Source: Spirochaetia bacterium (GTDB lineage: Bacteria; Spirochaetota; Spirochaetia; WTKD01; G963693115). From it: a DNA stretch of 64,000 nt. How positions within the stretch are numbered: the first letter of the stretch is position 1; each line of letters begins with the position of its first letter. Below the pieces are notes generated by a model. It did no database searches, had not been told where the DNA came from, and saw only the letters and a list, made by a program, of their open reading frames with translations. The translations under genes were made by a program, and so were the position numbers. This document shows, piece after piece, positions 60,712 to 64,000 of this stretch. The stretch is taken from positions 1 to 64,000 of the forward strand of contig CBDDCA010000004.1 of assembly GCA_965226055.1 (NCBI GenBank), in the 5' to 3' direction.

Positions 60712-61926
60712 TGGAGTTTTACTATTTCGTATGAACCCTTTTGATAAAATCAGTATACCGTAAAATTTCTATTATGCCAAGTGTGTAAAGTTCGTGTTGT
60801 AAGGAAAGTATCAACAATAAGAGGGCGCAGAGTAAGTACACAAGGATCCAGAGAGGGACTTTTTTCTTTGAGTAATACAGCAGGAGAGCCGTGTTTATAA
60901 GAGTTATAGCGTTGATGATTAAAGCTATATTGATACTCACTACTTAAGTGTAAAAAAGTACTGAGAGTAGGATTCTGCATTTTTGCATAGCATTCAGTTT
61001 CAATAAGTTTATGAGAAGCCTCGACATCAGAATTGTAAGTAGGAGAAGCATATGGGATAGTAGTATGGCGTGCCTCGTATGCCGCAAGAGAAGCAACAAA
61101 AGCAGACTGTTTTGTACTAAAAGCCCCTGAGATAAACTCAGAGCCATTATCAGTTTGAATAGTAATAGAGGAAGTATCAACGTGAAAAGAAGCAAGATGA
61201 GTAAGCAGATATTCAATAAACAAAGCGGTATGAGAAGAGCTTTTTTGAGTGGCAAAGCATATCCATAAAGCCCCCGTAGCGACATCACGTGCGGTGATTT
61301 GATACTTTGGGAGACAAAACTTGCGTAATGAGAAGTATAATTCGGGGATATCAGTAAGATATTTAATGTCTACTTGTATTTTGTGACAAAATTGAAGTAG
61401 TGTTTTCCATAGGCGTACTTCTTGGTTTCTTTGTGCTTTTTGCTTTTTACTTGTCTTATAATACCCCATCTTTCTTAGATACTTAATAATAGTTTTTATG
61501 GAATAAGGAATGGTATACTCTCGTTTTATATGAGAGGCAATACATCGTTGATGATAGTGCTGTAATGTTTCGCATATCTCTTTGAGTTTTAACTGATAGT
61601 AAAGTATCATAGTATCTGGATGCTCTACTGAAGCAGGACGTCTATCATAGAGCATAGCTTTAGGCTTCTCTTTGTATCTTTGCAACCACTTGCGTACGGT
61701 ATTAGGAGATACATGAAAGATACGAGCAGTACTTTTGATACCGTGTTCTTTCGCAGAAAGTGCTATAGCTAAGCGTACCTTATGCAGTTCTTTTTGATTT
61801 CTTGTATTATAAAGTGTAGAGTATATCATGTACTCACCCCCTTTTTTTTGTTTTTGTTTATTATTTCCATGATAGTATAATTACTATCATGGATTTTGGG
61901 GGTTCACACAAGATGGTAAAAGTACA
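60712..61926 (-). mobile_element. IS481-family-like insertion sequence with 15-bp target site duplication
   Basis: 27-bp imperfect terminal IRs (21/27 match; TG...CA); taaaaaatacctatt at 60697-60711 and 61927-61941. Confidence 0.85.
60750..61829 (-). CDS. DDE transposase (IS481-like)
   Basis: N-terminal HTH (ARIFHVSPNTVRKW), QVDIKY, QTDNGSEF, NSDVE. Confidence 0.9.
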   Translation of the reverse strand: MIYSTLYNTRNQKELHKVRLAIALSAKEHGIKSTARIFHVSPNTVRKWLQRYKEKPKAMLYDRRPASVEHPDTMILYYQLKLKEICETLQHYHQRCIASHIKREYTIPYSIKTIIKYLRKMGYYKTSKKQKAQRNQEVRLWKTLLQFCHKIQVDIKYLTDIPELYFSLRKFCLPKYQITARDVATGALWICFATQKSSSHTALFIEYLLTHLASFHVDTSSITIQTDNGSEFISGAFSTKQSAFVASLAAYEARHTTIPYASPTYNSDVEASHKLIETECYAKMQNPTLSTFLHLSSEYQYSFNHQRYNSYKHGSPAVLLKEKSPSLDPCVLTLRPLIVDTFLTTRTLHTWHNRNFTVY

Positions 61927-61981
61927 TAAAAAATACCTATTTTTATTGAAAGAATCAATGATATTTATTAGTATATACTAT

Positions 61982-62545
61982 ATGAGTGAGAAAATGATGT
62001 TATTAGAAGAGTTATACCCTGATGTTCCTTCTGTAGAAGATATATTAGGGGTAGTAAAGTTTCGTATTATTATTGAAGTTGAACAACAGACAGTAAAAGA
62101 AAAGTATGTAACTCCAGTAATGCATTTTATGGTACATAAAATTGATTCTAATTTACATGATTATGCATATGAATGTGCATGTCTTGAATTAGGTAAATTT
62201 CATGTTAAAAGTTGTGATGATGAATCAAAAAGAGATGATACAATTACAAGTTTGATACAAGAAACTGCAAACAAAATAGCAGAGAGCATACGATTGAATG
62301 TATTTGATCATAAGAATAATTTTTTTGAAGAAATGGTACAATCAGATTTTATGGATGAATATTGGAGAGTGTATAGATTATATTCTTATACACAAGATAG
62401 TAAACATGAAATTCCTATAAATATACATGAACAAGAAAGAAAAGAAATACAGGAATTTGTCGCTGATATAAATTTAAGTAAAGAGACAGGTATAAATAAG
62501 AATGATCAACAATCTTCATATCTTAGAAAAGTAGCAAATGAATAA
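61982..62545 (+). CDS. Hypothetical protein
   Basis: TTGAAA-N17-TAGTAT-N7-ATG at 61982; the track start lies inside the IS end. Confidence 0.65.
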   Translation: MSEKMMLLEELYPDVPSVEDILGVVKFRIIIEVEQQTVKEKYVTPVMHFMVHKIDSNLHDYAYECACLELGKFHVKSCDDESKRDDTITSLIQETANKIAESIRLNVFDHKNNFFEEMVQSDFMDEYWRVYRLYSYTQDSKHEIPINIHEQERKEIQEFVADINLSKETGINKNDQQSSYLRKVANE

Positions 62546-62831
62546 TAGTACCATATATGTGGAGTTAAATTGTTTTTTGAGATTTCTTGTTTATTTACAG
62601 GACTATGTAGGTTCTTTGTCGTTTAACGATAAGCATATATTTACTAATTTTAAATGTATTTATAAGAAAAATAAATCATAATATGCTTTACTGCACACAT
62701 GAGTGATTGGGAAGCAGTATAAAAATTCATAGAAAAAGAAGTATCTCAAAAAGTGATATTTTTAGGTTTTCGTTACATACTTATGTACTAATACTTTCAG
62801 ATATAAGAGATATATGATAAAAAAAAGTGTA

Positions 62832-62890
62832 TTTTTTTTTTTTTTTTTTTTAATTTATGTATTGACAAAATGAGAAATAGTATATAAAAT
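62832..62890 (+). promoter_or_regulatory. T20 tract followed by sigma70 promoter
   Basis: T20 at 62832-62851; TTGACA (62862)-N17-TAAAAT (62885). Confidence 0.85.
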
Positions 62891-62923
62891 GTAAGAATAA
62901 AATTATATCATAAGGAGTGATGT

Positions 62924-64000
62924 ATGATAAGAAATAATATAACACGAAAAATGTGGGGGGGGGGGGGGGTAAACTCTCTTTTCTCGTATATATAGTGATA
63001 GCTGCTATACTCATAGCATGTACAGATAGTAGTAGCAGTTCATCAGGAGGAGGGTCTGATCCTACTCCACCGACACCGACAACACTTGGGTCAGTATCAG
63101 ATTTATCGATAACATCAGTAGCAGATAATGGATCACTAGAGCTCAGCTGGGAAGCACCAGTAGCAGCAGACAGTGTGGTCATCACCGCAAGTCCTGTAGG
63201 CACTACAGGGCAGTCCTTTAGCGTAACAGTACCCGCACAGGAATATAAGGAACTCTTTCTGGGAAGGCTAAAATACGAGCTAAAAGGCTTGAAAGAGCAT
63301 ACCGCCTATACGATAGAGGTAGAAGCGCAATCAGGAAGTCAGAAGTCGTCAAAGGTATCGCAAGAAATTATTACCGCAGCGGATACCACTGCCCCGCAAG
63401 ATAGCTTTTTTCATGTAGGAGTAGAGAAAGCAGGAGACAACCAGCTCAAAGTAGTATGGGACACAAAGAGGCTAGGGAAAGGCAAAACCGATATAAGCAA
63501 AGCAGAAGTGCAAATAGAAAATGCATCAGGAGAGGTAGTAGCGAAAAAAGAAATAACCAATGTAGAGAGCGGAGAGCTTGCATTTTCGGTAGCGACAAGC
63601 AGTAATGTACGCTACGATGTAAAGATAGTCTATGAAGATATCAATGGCAACAAAGCAAGCGTAAAAGAAGAATTGACAGATATAGATCCCTCAAAGCTCG
63701 GAGAAGCAGTGCCTGCGTTACAAGCATCAAATGTAAAAGTAGAAGCAAAAGATAAAACAGGAGCAGCAGCAGATGAGAGTCTGCTTATTACATGGGGGAA
63801 TTACGATGTAAGCGGTGAAGTAGAACTGTTGGTAGTGGTAGAGACAAGCACGGGACAAGTAGTAGCAGATGCCCGTGTGACAAAAAACAGTGTTGCCCAA
63901 GTAGCAAATGCGACAGAAGAAAAAGGGATGCTGTATGTAGGGCAGAATGGCGTAGCAGTAACCAAGCTCTATGGAGTACAGAGCTACAAAGCGATAGTGC
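62924..64000 (+). CDS. Large FN3-repeat surface lipoprotein, frameshifted at a G15 tract (putative phase OFF); runs off window
   Basis: AAGGAG RBS and ATG 62924; stop at 62993 in that frame; other frame open 62953-64000 with lipobox ILIAC and FN3 motifs; paralog of the first gene. Confidence 0.85.
62955..62969 (+). repeat. G15 homopolymer in signal-peptide coding region
   Basis: 15 consecutive G. Confidence 0.9.

Noticed and set aside
1-64000. Integron-like cassette array explaining the scattered AT-rich inserts
   Set aside because: No shared attC-like flanking repeat or integrase seen by eye

Overview
AT-rich bacterial chromosome segment, most likely from a host-associated spirochaete (class I LysRS, tRNA-Lys with a G2:U71 pair, BMP-type nucleoside ABC system, second clpP, spirochaete-style lipoprotein signals). 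The backbone is housekeeping: ribose, zinc and nucleoside ABC transporters, purB, argF, tig-clpP-clpX, five tRNAs, xth, msrA, hisI, rlpA, lysS, rpiA, era. Small AT-rich accessory cassettes interrupt it. The most notable items are: (1) a two-gene operon of a Panacea/SocA-type antitoxin and an apparently active class III nucleotidyl cyclase with an atypical specificity residue, a candidate new toxin-antitoxin or defence system; (2) homopolymer switches, namely a G15 frameshift plus a promoter T20 tract on a large FN3 surface lipoprotein (paralogous to the FN3/DUF285 protein at the window start) and a C15 tract in an orphan hsdS; (3) many genes that appear to be leaderless; (4) a ~150-aa tandemly duplicated insertion in class I LysRS; (5) a FolC2-like ligase/DHFR/VUT transporter cluster; (6) an SF1 helicase-PLD fusion; (7) an IS481-family element with a 15-bp target duplication. 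All calls come from motif recognition by eye; no database searches were run.
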